This document shows positions 19,244 to 36,659 of a stretch of 64,000 nucleotides of DNA, one piece after another. Under the pieces are notes generated by a model. It saw nothing but the letters and a program-made list of their open reading frames with translations, had not been told where the DNA came from and did not search any database. The stretch's first letter is position 1, and every line of letters starts with the position of its first letter. A program made the position numbers and the translations under genes. Origin of the DNA: the human T2T-CHM13v2.0 reference genome, Homo sapiens; the NCBI RefSeq assembly GCF_009914755.1, contig NC_060925.1, one strand, 5' to 3'.

Positions 19244-19529
19244 ATTTTGGGACAGATTATTAAAAAGATAAATGCTACCCTCTTTGCCCCTAGTGAAGTT
19301 TAAAACCATACAAGCCTCAGACTGCACAAGATAACCCAACCCCACCCACTAACCACAAGCCAGTCTCCAGTCTTTGCCTTCTCAAGCCATGTTCAGGCCC
19401 CTTTGTGAGGCTGAATTGCAACAAATGAGGTGCAAAAACATATATTTTATTACTAAATCTTAATTATATCTTATGTATTTATTATAATTATTTATTCAAC
19501 CAATATTATAAAGAACCCATTCTTTCTTA

Positions 19530-20118
19530 AGTTTTATTTTTTATGACAATAATAAGTGTATATATTTTGGGGGTACAATGTGTTTTCAATACATGCATAC
19601 AATGTAAAATGATCAAATCAGGCTAATTAACATACCCATCACCTCAAATTTTTATCATTTTGTGGTGAGAACATTTAACATCCACCATTTTAGCTATTTT
19701 GAAATATATAATACATTGCTATTAACTATAATGCCATGTTGTGCAATAGATCAGCAAAACCTATTCTTGTCTAACTGAAAATTTGTACCCTTCAGCCAAC
19801 ATACCCCTTTCCCTGTTCACCCTTCCCCCTCAGCCTCTGGTAACCACCACTCTACTCTTTGGTTCTATGAGTTCCACTTTTTTAGATTTCACATGAAAGT
19901 GAGATCATAAGGTATGTATCTTTCTATGTCTAGCTAATTTCACTTAGCATTATATCCTCTGGTTTTATTCATATTGACACAAATGACAGAATTTTCACTT
20001 TGTTAAGGCTGAATAGTATTTCACTGTATATAAATACCACAATTCTTTATCTGTTGGTGGGCACCTTGGTTGTTTTCATATCTTGACTACTGTGAATAAT
20101 GTTGCATAAAACATGAGA
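19530..20118 (-). mobile_element. L1MA-type 3' end
   Basis: ggggtacaatgtg...aatgatcaaatcaggctaattaacatacccatcacctca. Confidence 0.8.
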
Positions 20119-20151
20119 CAGATCGTCCAGACAGAAAATCAATGTGGAAAC

Positions 20152-20689
20152 TATATTAGGGTTCTCCAGAAGGACATAACCAATAGAATATGCACTGATA
20201 TATGAGAAGAAATTTATTAACAGAATGGGCTTACATGAATATAGAGGTAGAAAGGTCCCACAGCAGGTATTCTGTAAGTTAGAGACCTTGAGATGCCTAT
20301 TGCTTGGCTCAGTTCAAGTCTGAAGGCCTCAGAACCAGAGAAGTGTAGCTGTAAGTGACAGTCTAAAGACAAAGCTCGGAAAACCTGGAGGCCCACTGGT
20401 GTAAATACTGGAGTCCAAAGACCAGAGAGCCTGGAGTTCTGATGTCCATGGCCAGGAGAAGAGTGACCCAGCTCCAGCAGACAGAATGAGAGAAAATTGT
20501 CTTTTTTTCTTATCCAGACTCCTAGCCAACTGGATGGCCACATAGGGGGCAGATCCTCCCCATTCAGTGCAGCAACTCATGTGCCAATCTCTTCTGAAAA
20601 TACCCTCACAAATATACCCAAAATAAATCTTTAACAGTTCTCTAGGTATTCTTAATTCTATCAATTCGACACCAATATTAACTATCACG
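20152..20689 (-). mobile_element. MLT2A/B-type (ERVL) solo LTR
   Basis: tattagggttctccagaagg...ccaatagaata start and attaactatcac end on +. Confidence 0.85.
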
Positions 20690-21085
20690 AAAACATTGGA
20701 TATAAACTATGCTTTAAACCAAATGAATCTAACAAACATATACTAAATACTCCATGACATAAGAAAAGTATACACATTTTTTTTCACATGCACATGGAAC
20801 ATTCTGTTTGATAGATTATATGCTAGGCTACAAAATTAGCCTTAAATTTAAGAAAATCAAAGTTATAGAAAGTATCATTTCCAATCTGAATGGTATAAAA
20901 CTATAATTCAGTAACAGGAGGAGCCACAGAAAATTAAATGTAGAAATTTTTAAACATGATTCTGAAAAAATCTATTAGTAAAATAAAAAATGTATTTTTT
21001 AATACCTTGAGCTAAATGAAATGGAAAACGTATGGGATGCAGCAAAAGCAGTGCTAGGAAGGAATTTTATAGCAGTGAATGACTA

Positions 21086-21367
21086 CATTGGGAGGTAATC
21101 GAATCATGGGGCTGGTTCCCCTGTGCTGTTCTCGTGGTAGTGAGTGAGTTCTCATGAGATCTCATGGTTTTATAAGCATCTGGCACTTCCCCTGCTGGCA
21201 TTCATTATTTCTACTGCCACCCTTTGAAGTGGTGCCTTCACCCATGATTGTGAGTTTCCTGAGGTATCCCCAGCTATCTGGAATTGTGAGTCAATTAAAC
21301 CTCTTTTCTTTATAAATTACCCAGTCTCGGGTATTTCTTCATAGCAGGGTGAGAATGGATTAATACA
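21086..21367 (+). mobile_element. THE1D-like MaLR LTR, 5'-truncated
   Basis: gggaggtaatcgaatcatgggg...gtgagtcaattaaacctcttttctttataaattacccagtctcggg...taataca. Confidence 0.88.
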
Positions 21368-22015
21368 CAACTGATAACATAAATACAAAGGATAAGGCAC
21401 TACTATAAATACACACCAAATAGTTGAAAAATCTTGAAGAAATGAATCAATTCCTAGAAACATGTAACCTATGAGGACTAAATTATAAAGAAATCAGAAA
21501 CCTGCAAAGGGCAATAATGAGAAAGGAGATTTAATCGGTAATTAAAAATCTCCCATAAAAATGCCTGAGATCTTATGGCTTCATAGCTGAATTCTACAAA
21601 ACATTTAAAGAACAATTAATATCAATGCTTCTGAAAATTGGAACAAATATCAAATTAAGGGAATAAATCCAAACTTATTTTACAAGGCCAGTATTACTCT
21701 AATACCAAGCCAGACACTACAAGGAAGGAAAACTATAGGCCAATATCCCTGACGAACATAGATGCAAAAACCCTCAACAAAATATTAGCAAACTATGTTC
21801 AACAGTAAATTAAAAGAAGCAGTCACCATGATCAAATGGGATTTATCTCTGGGATGCAAGGATGATTCAATATGCACAAATCAATAAATGTGATTCACTA
21901 TATATAAAGAATGAAAAAAACCATATGATCATTGGAGTAAATCCAGAAAACAGTATTTGACAAAATTCAATATTCACGATAAAAACTCTCAAAAAATTAG
22001 GTATAGAAAGAACAT

Positions 22016-23608
<1,593 letters not shown>

Positions 23609-25513
23609 TTATCATTTCTGTTCAACATAGGCCTGGAATTTCTAGTCAGAGTAGTTAGATGAGGAAAAGAAATATAAGGCATCAAAATAGAAAAGGAAAA
23701 GTGAAATTGTTTCTGTTACTGGTCACATATTATGTATATAAAATCCTAAATATTCCACAAAAAAATGTTAGAACTAAGAAACATATTAAGTAAAGTTTCA
23801 GGATACACAATCAGCTTATAAAATTCAGCAGTATTTTTATAGAGCAACAACAAACTATCTGAAAAACAAATTAAGAAAACAATTCCATTTATAGTAACAT
23901 CAAAAATAAAACTACAAGGAGTAAATTTAATCCAAGAGGTGAAAGATCTGTGCACTAAAAACTATAAAACACCGATGAAAGGAGTTGAGGAAAATACAAG
24001 TAACTAGAAAGGCATTTGATCTTGTTCATGGATTAAAATAAAATTGAAAAAATGTTCATCCTACCCAAATTAATCTACAGATTCAAGGAAATCCCTATCA
24101 TAATTTTGATGTCATTCTGCAGATAAATAGAAAAAAAAGTCCTAAAATTTTTATGGAATTACAAAGTGCCAAAATAGCAAAAGCAATTTTGATCGAAAAG
24201 AATAAAGCTGGAGGCATCACAGTACCAGATTTTAAAATATATGCCAAAGCTATAGTGATTAAAGCAGCATAGTACTGGCATAAAAACACACATGACAACT
24301 CACTCTTTTTAGGCACCATTCTAATACTATATTTTCAATGGTTTAAAAAACAGTAGCACATTATCTGTTCTCAAGAAATTTACAGCTTAGTGAGTAGATG
24401 ATAAAATTCACAAAATTTTAGAAAAATATTTAATATTAAATGCTTTATACTGCAAAATATGCTACTGAAGAAAATAGCAGCTGTTACTAGATTTTATTAC
24501 AAATGGGGCTATGCTAATCCAAGGATGTTGGAGAAGTAGTTTTATGAGCAAGTATCATAAATGATGAATGATGAATAACATTTAGTTTCACAAAGTCCGT
24601 GTATCTGTGATTAGCAACAAATGAGAAGAAAAGGCATTAACAACAGAAAGAGTAGCAAAAAAACAAAACAAAATGGTCCTGGATGGGGTGGTGTTAGATA
24701 AGATTTAGTTTAAGATCTGAAAAACAAAGGCAAAGGCTCTTGAAAGTCTGGTGTGGTTAGGATGCAATGTGCATATATGAAAGTGTCATAAAAGAAAACA
24801 AAAAGAACTGAAAAGTTAAATGTGTATAAATAATGACCTTTTAATAAGCACGTAACTATTCACTGTTATTTGAAAGTGTGCAAACTTAACAAAATTCATG
24901 AAATTATATGTGGGTACACCATACAGATGTAAATGTGTAACATTAGGCTTAATTTTGATTTGTTAATTTGTTTTCTTTTTTTCAAAAAGCCATGTTCAAG
25001 GGCAGAAGGAGTTTTATTTTGGAAAAATAGTTCTAATTCCTTTGCCTTTCATTTTATGTAAAAATAAAATTCGCCAAGAAAAAGAACATAATTTCAAAAC
25101 TTTCAATTAGTATTCAGTAAGATTTAATAAATCATTTTATGAAAGTGTAATAGACTAATATTTACATATTAATTACAAATTAAATAATTAATAAATTCCA
25201 AAAGCCAAAGGAAAAATAAAAAGGAAGCTGATTTGATAATAAACATCTGCTCTGCTTGACTGGTAGCAATGATTACAGTTCAAATCACAATAAAAATAAG
25301 GAGACACGATAGACTTTATCTAGCCCCAATTTTACATAGCAAGAAGAAACTACACCCGATATACAAAAATCATGCCCAGCCACAGCCCCTGGTAGGGCTC
25401 TCATAATTTCCAGGCACATCATCTAGTATTCTTGATATTTTGAAATTACATGGTCATAAAGAAGAGATTACATCACCTCCTTTATCTTTATATTCCCATG
25501 ACTAAAAAGATAC

Positions 25514-25514
<1 letters not shown>

Positions 25515-25550
<36 letters not shown>

Positions 25551-25590
25551 CATACATACATACATACATACATACATACATACATACATA
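25515..25590. repeat. Compound tetranucleotide STR (GATA)n(CATA)n
   Basis: Seen directly. Confidence 0.95.
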
Positions 25591-25604
25591 GAAACATAAT
25601 CTTC

Positions 25605-26080
25605 AAATAGTAGGCAGCCTTTAAAATGGCTCTCAATAATCTCTGCCTCTTTGTGTTCATGTCTTTGTGTAACCTCCTCTACTTGGATGTGGGCTGGACC
25701 TAGTGACTTACTTGTAATGAGTAGATGATAACAACGATAATGATATTAAATAAGAAAAAGACTAAACCTTCCATTTTGGTCTCTTTTTTGCTCTCCTACT
25801 TTCTTGTTCTGGAGGAATTTGCCTGTTATGTTTGGTTACTATATAGAGAGGGAGTGAAGAACAGATTCCTTTCAGCAGCCATGTATAAGTCTTGGAAGCA
25901 AATTTTCCCTTAGTTTATCCTTGAAATACATACAGCCAACAACTTGATTGCAGCCTTGAAGAGATTTTGAACCAGAGGGCTCAGCTAAGCCTTGCCAAAA
26001 TTTCTGATCCACACAACTGTGATATCATAAATGTTTATTATTTTAAGACAGTAAGTTGTGGGGTAATTTGTTAAGCAGAT
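25605..26080 (+). mobile_element. MLT1F/G/H-type MaLR LTR
   Basis: taggcagcctttaaaatggctctcaat...tgtgggctggacctagtgactt...ataaatgtttattattttaag...ggggtaatttgtta. Confidence 0.78.
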
Positions 26081-27231
26081 ATTTTAAAAAAAAATTCACA
26101 TAATGATTTTTACATAAAAGCCCACATCAATGTAGCCAATGCTGATAGGTGAAGACATTAGAGATAAAAATATACTAAACTGTTATGTTACATGGAAGGA
26201 GGTTCAGAGTTCATATTATTCTTGACATTGGTAGGGTAATATGATTCCACTGTATTTGGCATATTTAGCAGTAATGGAAAGTGAAAAGTGCTCTGTCTGA
26301 TTGGCATTGTTTTATGAGATTCCGTCATTTTACTAAGTTATTTTTTAAAATTTGCTTTTGATAATACTAGTATACGAATGAAGGTAAATTTGATTATTTT
26401 CTATTTCAAACTAAAATCTTATATCATTATTCAATTCCAGAAAATTCTTACCACTCAAAATTTTGCTTACCTTTTTCTCTCTGATGTACTTTATTAAATG
26501 ATTCTCTACCTGTTTAGGTGTATATTTTGGTTATTAAATCTGTACTTCCTATATATTAACTTCTGTCATAATTTTGTTTTATTTCATTTTATTTTATTAT
26601 AAAGTACTTAAGTGATTTTTAAGACCAAGATTTCTATCCATTAATTCTGTCTTCAGCTGTGTTTACAAATTTTAACAGCTTTATTTTACATACCATAAAA
26701 CTCATTCATTTAAATTGTACAATTAACTGTTTTTAGTATAGCCACAGAGGTATGCAATTATCATTACAATCTAATATCTGAACATTTTCTTCACTCAAAA
26801 ATGAGACTCCACATTTATAAGGGTCTTGTTTTTGGGTGAAGAATTTATTTATACATTTTCATACCACCATTTTCCAGCCCCAGGCAACTGCTAGATTTTG
26901 CCTATCATGTACATTTCACATAAATGAGGTGAAACAATTTGTGGATTTTTGTTTCATTTAGTGTAATGGGTGTTCAAGGTTCATCATGCTATAACATATC
27001 TTAATATTTCTTTTTATATCCAAGTAATATTAAATTGAAAAAGTTATTTAACACTTTGTTTATTCATCCATCTGGCAGGAGATATGTAGGCTCTTAGGAA
27101 TAATGCTGCTATGAACATTTATGTGCAAATTTTTGTGTAGACAAATTTTTATTTCTCCTGAATGTATCAAGGAATAAAACTGCTGATTCATAGGTTGCTT
27201 TATGTTAAACATTTTGAGATACTGGTTTTCT

Positions 27232-28612
<1,381 letters not shown>

Positions 28613-28699
28613 GAGATACTGGTTTTCTAAGTGGCTGTAGCATTTTATGTCCTTACCTGCAGTGAAAGAGGACAACAATTTTTTCACATCCATTTACAT

Positions 28700-31430
28700 C
28701 TTTATTATGAAGAATTTAAAACAAGTCTATTAAAGGTAACAGCAGTTACCATTGGTTAAGATGTAGGCAATATAAACAGATGTGAAACAAGACATCAAAA
28801 AGTCAAAATGTGGGGAGAAGGAAATGGAGTTACAGAGTTTGTTTTTGTTCTTTCTTATTCTTGGCAATCAAAGAGAGGTAAGTTGTTAACAGTTAAAAAT
28901 AACTGATTAATATTATATTTTTGTAAGCCTAATGGTAACCACAAAGCAAATAAATATACTAAAAATAAATAGCAAGAAATCAAAACATCTACTAAAGAAA
29001 ATCACTTAACCACAAAGGAAGACATTAAGAGAGAAAGAAAAGAAACTATGAAAACAGGAAAACCAGTAACAAAATGGAAGTAGTAAGTCCTTATCTATCA
29101 ATAATAACATTTAATGTCAATGGAATAAATTCCCCAATTTAAAGATATTGAGTGGCTGAAAAAATTTTAAAAAGACACAATTATATGCTGACTACACGAA
29201 CCTTCACCTATAAAGGCACACATAGACTGAAACGTGTAAGGATGAAAAAATATATTTCACACTAATGTAAAGCAAAAAAAAAAAAAGATGAATAAGGCCA
29301 TTATATAATGATAAAGTGGTCAACACAGCAAGAGGGTATAACAATTATAAATATATATGCACCTAACACTGGATTACCTAAATACATACAGTATATATTA
29401 ATAGGCCTAAAGGAAGATATTCAGTTCAATACAATACAATAGGAAACCTCAACACCACACTTTCAACACTGGACAGATCATCCAGGCAGTAAAGCAACAA
29501 AGAAACTTTGGAGTTAAACTGTACTCTAGACCAGATGGTCCCAACAGACATTTACAGATCATTTCACTCCATCCAACTGCTGCCAAATACACAATTTTCT
29601 CATGAGCACATGAAACACTCTCCAGAATACACTGCATATGAGGACATAAAAGAAAAAAAAAGTCAAAATCATATCAAGTATCTTTTCTGACTGCAAGGGA
29701 ATTAAACTGGAAATCAAATAACAGGAGGAAAGTTGGAAAGTGTAAAAATACATGAAATTAAACAATGTGTTCCTTAACAACAAATGGATCAATGAAGAAT
29801 TTTAAAAAGACCATAAACATTCCTAGAGACAAATAAAAGTGGAAACATTACATATCAAAACCTTGGGATACAGCAAAAGCAGGTCTAAGAGGGAATTTTA
29901 AACAATACATGTCTACATCAAAAAAGTAGAAAAATCTCCAATAAACAATCTAGCATTATGTTTCAAGGAGCTAGAGAAATAAGAACCAACTAAACTCAGG
30001 AACAAAATGAATGAAAAAGATCATAGCAGAAATCACAAAACAGATTTATAAAAATACAAAAGATCAACTAAAGAGAGTTGATTTTCAAAAATACAACAAA
30101 ATTAACAAAACTTTAGCTAGACTAAGAAAAAAATAGAGGAAACTCAAATAAGATCAAGATGAAAAATGAGACATTAAAACTTATACACAGAAATGCAAAG
30201 GATCATGAGACTATTATAAACAACTATATGCCAAAAATTCAAAACTCTAGAGAGAATGGATAAGTTCCTGGACACATACAACCTACCAAGATTGAATGAT
30301 GAAGAAATAGAAAACTTAAACAGACCAATAACAAGTGACATGATTAAAACAGTAACAAATGTCTCCCATCAAAGAAAAGCCCATGCTGAAATGGCTTCAC
30401 TGCTGAATTCTACAAACATTTTCAGATGATTACCAATTCTTCTCAAAGTGTTCACAGTAAAATTGAAGAAAATGGAATACTTCCAACATACTCTATATGA
30501 CCAGCATTTCCCTGATACTAAAACTAGAAAAGGATACAACTAATAAAGAAAACTAAAGGGAATGTCCCTGATAAACACAGATGCAAAAATCCTCAACATT
30601 ATATCAGCAATCTGAATCGACATTACATTAAAGTGGTCATTCATCATAACCAGTTGGGATTCATCCCAAGGATGCAAGGATAGTGAAACTTACGTAAATC
30701 AATAAACATAATAAATCACATTAACAGAAGCAAGGACAAAAACCATATGATCATTTTTTACAGTGCTGAAAAAAGATTCTATAAAATTCAACATATTTTT
30801 GTAATGAAAGTCTTTACAAATTAGGTATAGAAAGAACATACTTCCATACAATACATACTATATATCACAGATGTATAGCTAACATCATACTGAATGGGGA
30901 AAATTTGAAATATTTTCCTCTAACATCTGAAACTAGACAGGGGTACCCACTTTCTCTAGGTTTATTTAACATAGAACTGGAAGTGCTAGCTAGAATCAGG
31001 AGGACATTATGTTAAGTTAAATAAACCAAGCATAGAAAAACAAATATCCTATAGTATCACTCATATGTGGAATCTAAAAGAGTTGTTCTCATAGAAGCAG
31101 AGAGTAGAATAATATTTCCCAGAGGGAGAGGTGGAGAGTGAGCAGATAGAGAGAGGTGAGTAAACATACACAAAGTTTGAAAGAATAAGTTCTGGTGTTC
31201 TAGTACATAGTAGGGTGCCTGTAGATAATAGTAATGTATCACATATTTCAAGATAACTAGAAAAGAGCATCTTAAATGTTAACATCATAAAGAAATAATA
31301 CATGTTTGTGGTGATGGATATGTTTATTGCCCTGATTTGATCATTACACATTTATGTATATATATTGCAACATCACCCTGTACTCAAAACATGTACAATT
31401 ATGGGCCTATTATAACCAAAAGAAAAAATC
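28700..31430 (+). mobile_element. Old L1M/L1MA segment: inter-ORF region, ORF2 5' half, then an L1MA 3' end
   Basis: ccttatctatcaataataacatttaatgtcaatgga (ORF2 start), endonuclease/RT remnants, 3' UTR at about 31000-31430. Confidence 0.8.
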
Positions 31431-32146
31431 AATTACTACAAATGCGAGTTTAATTTTGTACTGACAATTTCATTTCATTGATTACACGTGTATCATTGTG
31501 CCAGTACTACAGTGTATTGATTACTATAACATTTAATAAGTTTTGAAATCTCTCAGTGTTTAACTTCTGTGCTGAAATTTATTGTTATAAATAGTATACA
31601 ACATTTCAATTATGAATTTTATTTTCCAGTATTTATTATTTTAAAATAAAGTTTTAATCTCTTGCATATATTTCTTAATTTCTTTGTTGACTATGTTTTG
31701 TTTCTATTCTTGAATTGTACTTTAACAAAGGCCTAATACACATATGCACAATGTATGTTGTACATTGAATGTGAAGGAAAAAAATGAGATAATTTTTTCT
31801 CTTATCAGGTTCATATTTTATTTCGACACAAAGTAAGCAGTAGTTGGAATTTTTTCATTTTTTTTTCTAATTACTAAAATGTGAAAAAATGTCCTTTTTT
31901 GCTTTCAGAATAAGTGTGTGAATGTTTATGTGAGTGTGCTAAATTGCCTTTTAAGTAGTTTGTATTACTGTGGGAGTGCAAGAAAGTGTAATAGTGATTA
32001 TAAGACAATTTTTGTGTTTGTGAGAGGTAATTCAATATTTTTTAAGAGGAAAAAATCAGGTGTATAAATAGCTTGACATAACATACCTCGAAAAACATTT
32101 TAAAGTTAGTTACAGGTAATATAGACAACTTAGAGGAGATGCTTAC

Positions 32147-32397
32147 CTTTGATAATATACTCTCTATTGGATGTATCATCTGCACAGTTTTCTTTGTTTC
32201 CAATATTTATATATTATTGGCATTGCAAGATATTAACTGAATTGTCGCACAGAAAAAAACTGTTGCCTGCAAGCATCATCAATTACCTCAAGCAGCAGGA
32301 GCTATCTAGCTCAAAACTCCAAGACTAAACCATGGGAGGATCATTTCACTTTACAAAGCAAAAAAAAAGAAAAAAAAGCCTTTCAGAGAAAGAATTT
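32147..32397 (-). pseudogene. Gene B exon remnant, frameshifted
   Basis: tttgtcttatcag| (phase 2, matching) ... AAG|gtaagc (phase 0); pieces NSFSERLFFLFFCFVK*ND / VLEF*AR*LLLLEVIDDACRQQ / FFCATIQLISCNANNI*ILETKKTVQMIHPIESILSK. Confidence 0.58.
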
Positions 32398-32552
32398 CTG
32401 ATAAGACAAAACAATAAGATATTATGGGTTACCATCCTTGATCCAAAATTGTTTACAAAACCAAATCACTTTTTCTAGCTCAGCAGGACACTAATGGATC
32501 CCTGTTTAACACTAGACATTTTACCTGTTGCCCCAACCTAGTTCATTCTTAC

Positions 32553-32796
32553 TCTCCTTTCTGCCTATTTTCTGGTTTCAAACCGTCATGAACCATAGAT
32601 TTAGTTTCACTGGCAATAGCAACCAATAATCTCACACACTGGAGTTCTACAGCTTCTTCTGCTTGAGGTAGTGATACAATAATGCCATTATCTCCTACAT
32701 ATCTCAGATCATTAAATATGTCTTTGCTTATCTCCCTTGATACAAGCTCTCTAAAGCATGACAGTATGTGCAACTAATTTTTATGCCCCTTTATAC
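32553..32796 (-). pseudogene. Gene B best-preserved exon (244 nt, one stop)
   Basis: aattattattttag| (G)IKGHKN*LHILSCFRELVSREISKDIFNDLRYVGDNGIIVSLPQAEEAVELQCVRLLVAIASETKSMVHDGLKPENRQKG GA|gtaaga; corresponds to ORF 32549-32773. Confidence 0.75.
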
Positions 32797-33519
32797 CTAA
32801 AATAATAATTTCTAGATAGTAATTATTTGATCAAATATTTGATAGAGTGAACATTCTTTTCTTTGGAGAAAAATGTTCAGGATTTATACTTAGAATCTAG
32901 AGAGGGAGCTATTTTTGCAACGTGGATGAAGCCTATTTTCAAGCCTACATTAAACTAATTGTGTGTGTGTGTCTGGCAAAATTAGTTTTATTTTCTAATT
33001 TTAGATGAACCTTGCCAGATGCTCCAAAGTAGCTCCTGGTACATAGAAATGCATATATTTCTATGTATTATATAGCAGCATAGGTACTAACCTAGTATAT
33101 ATCAATATAATTGATTTTTTAAAATTGCCCATGCATTAGGTAACCTTGTTAAATATATTAGGTAGAATTAAAATTTTTATGATGGGTTTGTTATGTCATC
33201 TGTAACCAAAGAGAGGCTTATGTCTTCCTCTTTAACATGAATGCCTTGTATTTTTCATTTGTGATTCATTTTATTGCCTGTATCCTCCAGAAAAAAATGC
33301 TTACTAGATAGCAGATATTTCTGTCTTTTCCCTATGCATAGACAGAATGTTTTACTTTTTCATTACTGATTGGTTTTAGGGTTTTTCATAGATAACTGTT
33401 TTTTTCAAGTTAAGGAAGCCCATTTCATTTCTTTCTTACTGAAAGTTTCTGTATGAAAGTTTGTGGAATTTATAATTTTTTTTTACAAATCTATCAACAT
33501 GTTCGTATGGTTTCTTAAG

Positions 33520-34056
33520 TGTGTGTGTAGATATATGTATATATTTGTGTGTATACATATACATATATATTTGTGTGTATACGTATACACATATACGTAT
33601 ATGTGTATATATGTATATATACACATATATGTGTATATATGTATATATACACATATATGTGTATATAGTGTATATACATATATGTGTATATATATGCACA
33701 TATATGTATATATGTATATATTTGTGTGTATACATGTGTATGTATACGCACATATATTTGTGTGTATACATGTGTATGTATACGCACATATATTTGTGTG
33801 TATACATATACGTATATATTTGTGTGTATATATACGTATATGTATACACACAAATATATGTGTATACACATATATTAATATATAATATATATATAATATA
33901 TATATACACACATATATATGTATATAATATACACATATATACACATATATGTATGTGTATATATATGCACATGTGTGTATATATATGCACATATGCATAT
34001 ATACACATATATGTATATGTGTATATATGTATATATACACACAAATATATATACGT
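33520..34056. repeat. About 540-bp (TA/TG/CA)n low-complexity purine-pyrimidine array
   Basis: Seen directly; source of seven spurious ORFs. Confidence 0.95.
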
Positions 34057-34074
34057 GTAGAATTATTTTTAAAT

Positions 34075-34452
34075 ATACATATACAATGGAATACTATGCA
34101 GCCATAAAAAGAATGCAATTATGTCCTTTGCAGCAGCAATGGATGTGGGTCAAGGCCATTATTCTAAGTGAACTAATGTGGAAGCAGAAAACCAAATACC
34201 TCATGTTCTCATGTATAAGTGGTTGCCACACATTGGGTATTCATGGACATAAAAATGTCAACAATAGACATTGGGGACTACTAGAAGAGGAGGGAGATGG
34301 GAGGGCGAACATTGAAAAACTATTGGTTACTATGCCCACTATGAGTCATGGGATTATTCATATCCCAAACCTCAACATCACATAATATATCCATGTAGTA
34401 AACTCGCATATGTACCCCATGTTTCTAAAATAAAAATTGAAATAAAAAAACA
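34075..34452 (+). mobile_element. L1PB/L1PA16-like 3' end
   Basis: TMEYYAAIK..., 3' UTR ccaaacctcaacatcaca, poly-A. Confidence 0.85.
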
Positions 34453-34469
34453 AGAAAGACAGTAAAAAT

Positions 34470-35630
34470 CGTAAGATTTTTGAGGTTTAGAATCAAGTTA
34501 CACAGTTCACCTCTGCTGCATTCTGTTAGGGAAAAGTAAGTTAAAAGTCCCAACCAGATTCAACGAATGGAAATATAGACTCTAGCCCTTGGTGGTGTTC
34601 TGCAAAAGACATGGCCATATTTCCTTTACCACTGTGTGTGCTCTGGTCACAATATTTATTGCTACATGTGAAATAAATTAAAATCCTACCAAGACTCACA
34701 AAATGCTCAACAATTATGATATATGGCTTAAGGACTGTGTAATTTGCATTTAGTTTACATACTGATGAGGCCCTTGGTTATGGCTCCTCATGACCTCAAG
34801 TCTTATGAAATAAAAACATGACTTATATGCCCCTTATTTTCACCGTACATATTCCCATTGTGGGAAGAGCAGAAGCACATAGTTCTCATTGAATGATAGC
34901 TATCCTGAAAGTTAATCAATCATATGCCACCTGTTTCTCAATTCTAGGTACAGTGATTATCACTTGATTAAGTCCAATTCTGCTCCCTGAATGACGTTTC
35001 AAAATGATGCATTTTTTCTCCTCTTGATTCTACCTTTTGAGGTGTCTTTCTTATACAATGAGAAGTGGTCCATGTTTGTGTTAATGTTTGCATATATCAC
35101 TAAGATTACTTGCTGTCTATAGAACATAGAGGCCACAAAGAATTTTTTTTTTCTTTTTTGTACAGTCTCTGTCCTTTTAGTTCAATCTGGTTAAACTCTC
35201 TTAATAAGTTTGTGTTTTTCTCATGAATATGACTTTTGCCTTCAGCATGACCCCTAAAATCACATTCCTCATTCTTTTTAAGACAGACCTTTGACTGCTG
35301 TGGGTGGAGTATCAGATGTCTGTGAGACAGTGTCCTTCCTTAAGATTCTTAGAATCGCTTCTGTCTAGCTAGGGAAGTCCCAGGCATCATCTTAAATGTT
35401 TCTGAGATATTAACAATGTCTTACAGTCATACCCTTAATTTAATCTTTAAGGATATTTTTATTTGTTTTATTTGCTTAAGAGTCTGGGCATTAGAACAGT
35501 TCTACTTTACAACAGATCATGTTTTTGTCTTCCCATATAGTTTCTAAATTCTGCTTATAAATTGTCTTTTTGTTTTTGTTACTGTCTTTATTCCTGTATC
35601 TTATCATGCCCAACTAAAAGAAAAAGCCAC
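34470..35630 (-). mobile_element. Old MaLR (MLT1) LTR part plus probable internal sequence
   Basis: ttcacctctgctgcattctgtt...ccagattcaa...aaatatagactcta LTR motif followed by degenerate int-like sequence; weak. Confidence 0.45.
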
Positions 35631-36029
35631 ATGATAAAGAGATTGTCTTAATCAGCATTATCCAGTTTATTTGGTGCTGAAATTAATGTGACAACACATT
35701 ATAAGTAATTTTGTGTCTGTGTTAGTGACACATACTGGTACATATTTTTTCTTTTCTTTCTAATATTTTCCTTTGATTTTGGAATCCAGTAAATGTTGGC
35801 CTCATAGAATGATTATGGAATTTATCCTATCTTCTCTTTATTTGAAATAATTTATATAGCTGTAAAACATGTCTCCCTTACATATTTAACAGAAATCAGC
35901 ACTGAAGTTGTCTACACATATAATTTTCTTTGGAGAGGTTTCTTCATTTAAAATCACATTCCTTTAATATAAACAGGGCTATTCAAATTTTCTAATTCAG
36001 CTGAAGTCAATATGGAAAATTCTTTGTTT

Positions 36030-36340
36030 TATTTGTTTGTTTGTTTGTTTGTTTTTTGAGGTGGGGTCTCGCTCTGTCTCGCCCAGGCTAGAGTGCAGTG
36101 GCACGAACTCGGCTCACTGCAGCCTTGGCCTCCCTGATTCAAGTGATTCTCCTGTCTCAGACTCCCCAGTAGCTGAGACTAGAGTGTGTGCCACCACACC
36201 TGGCTAATTTTGTATTTTTATTAGAGACAGGGTTTCACCATGTTGGCCAGGCTGGTCTCAATCTCCTGACCTCAAGTTATCCACTCACCTCAACTTCCCA
36301 ACGTGCTGGGATTACAGGCGTGAGCCACCATTCCCAGCCA
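36030..36340 (-). mobile_element. AluS (Sx/Sz-like), full length, (TTTG)n tail
   Basis: Dimeric Alu consensus; TSD gga(a/c)aattctt on both sides. Confidence 0.95.
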
Positions 36341-36659
36341 GGACAATTCTTGTCTTTCAAATAATTTCTCCACTGACTGAAATTGTTGAATTCACTGACA
36401 TAATTTTACACATAAAATTAACTTACTATCCTTATATTGTGTATAATATCTACTGCATTATGTTCCTATTCTCATTTCTGATAGTACTAATCTGTCCCAG
36501 GCATCTTTTATTTTTAATCAAATTAACTGAAGATCTATTAATTTGACAGAACAATTAAAAAAGAAGCAATTAGTTTTATTGATTTACTTGATCATGTCTC
36601 CATTTTCTATCTCATTTTTTTCAATTCTTTGTTATACATTTCTCATTTTGGATTTAATT

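Noticed and set aside
33436-34385. Overlapping Y/I/C/H/T-rich ORFs up to 211 aa
   Set aside because: Artefact of an RY-alternating microsatellite that rarely forms stop codons.
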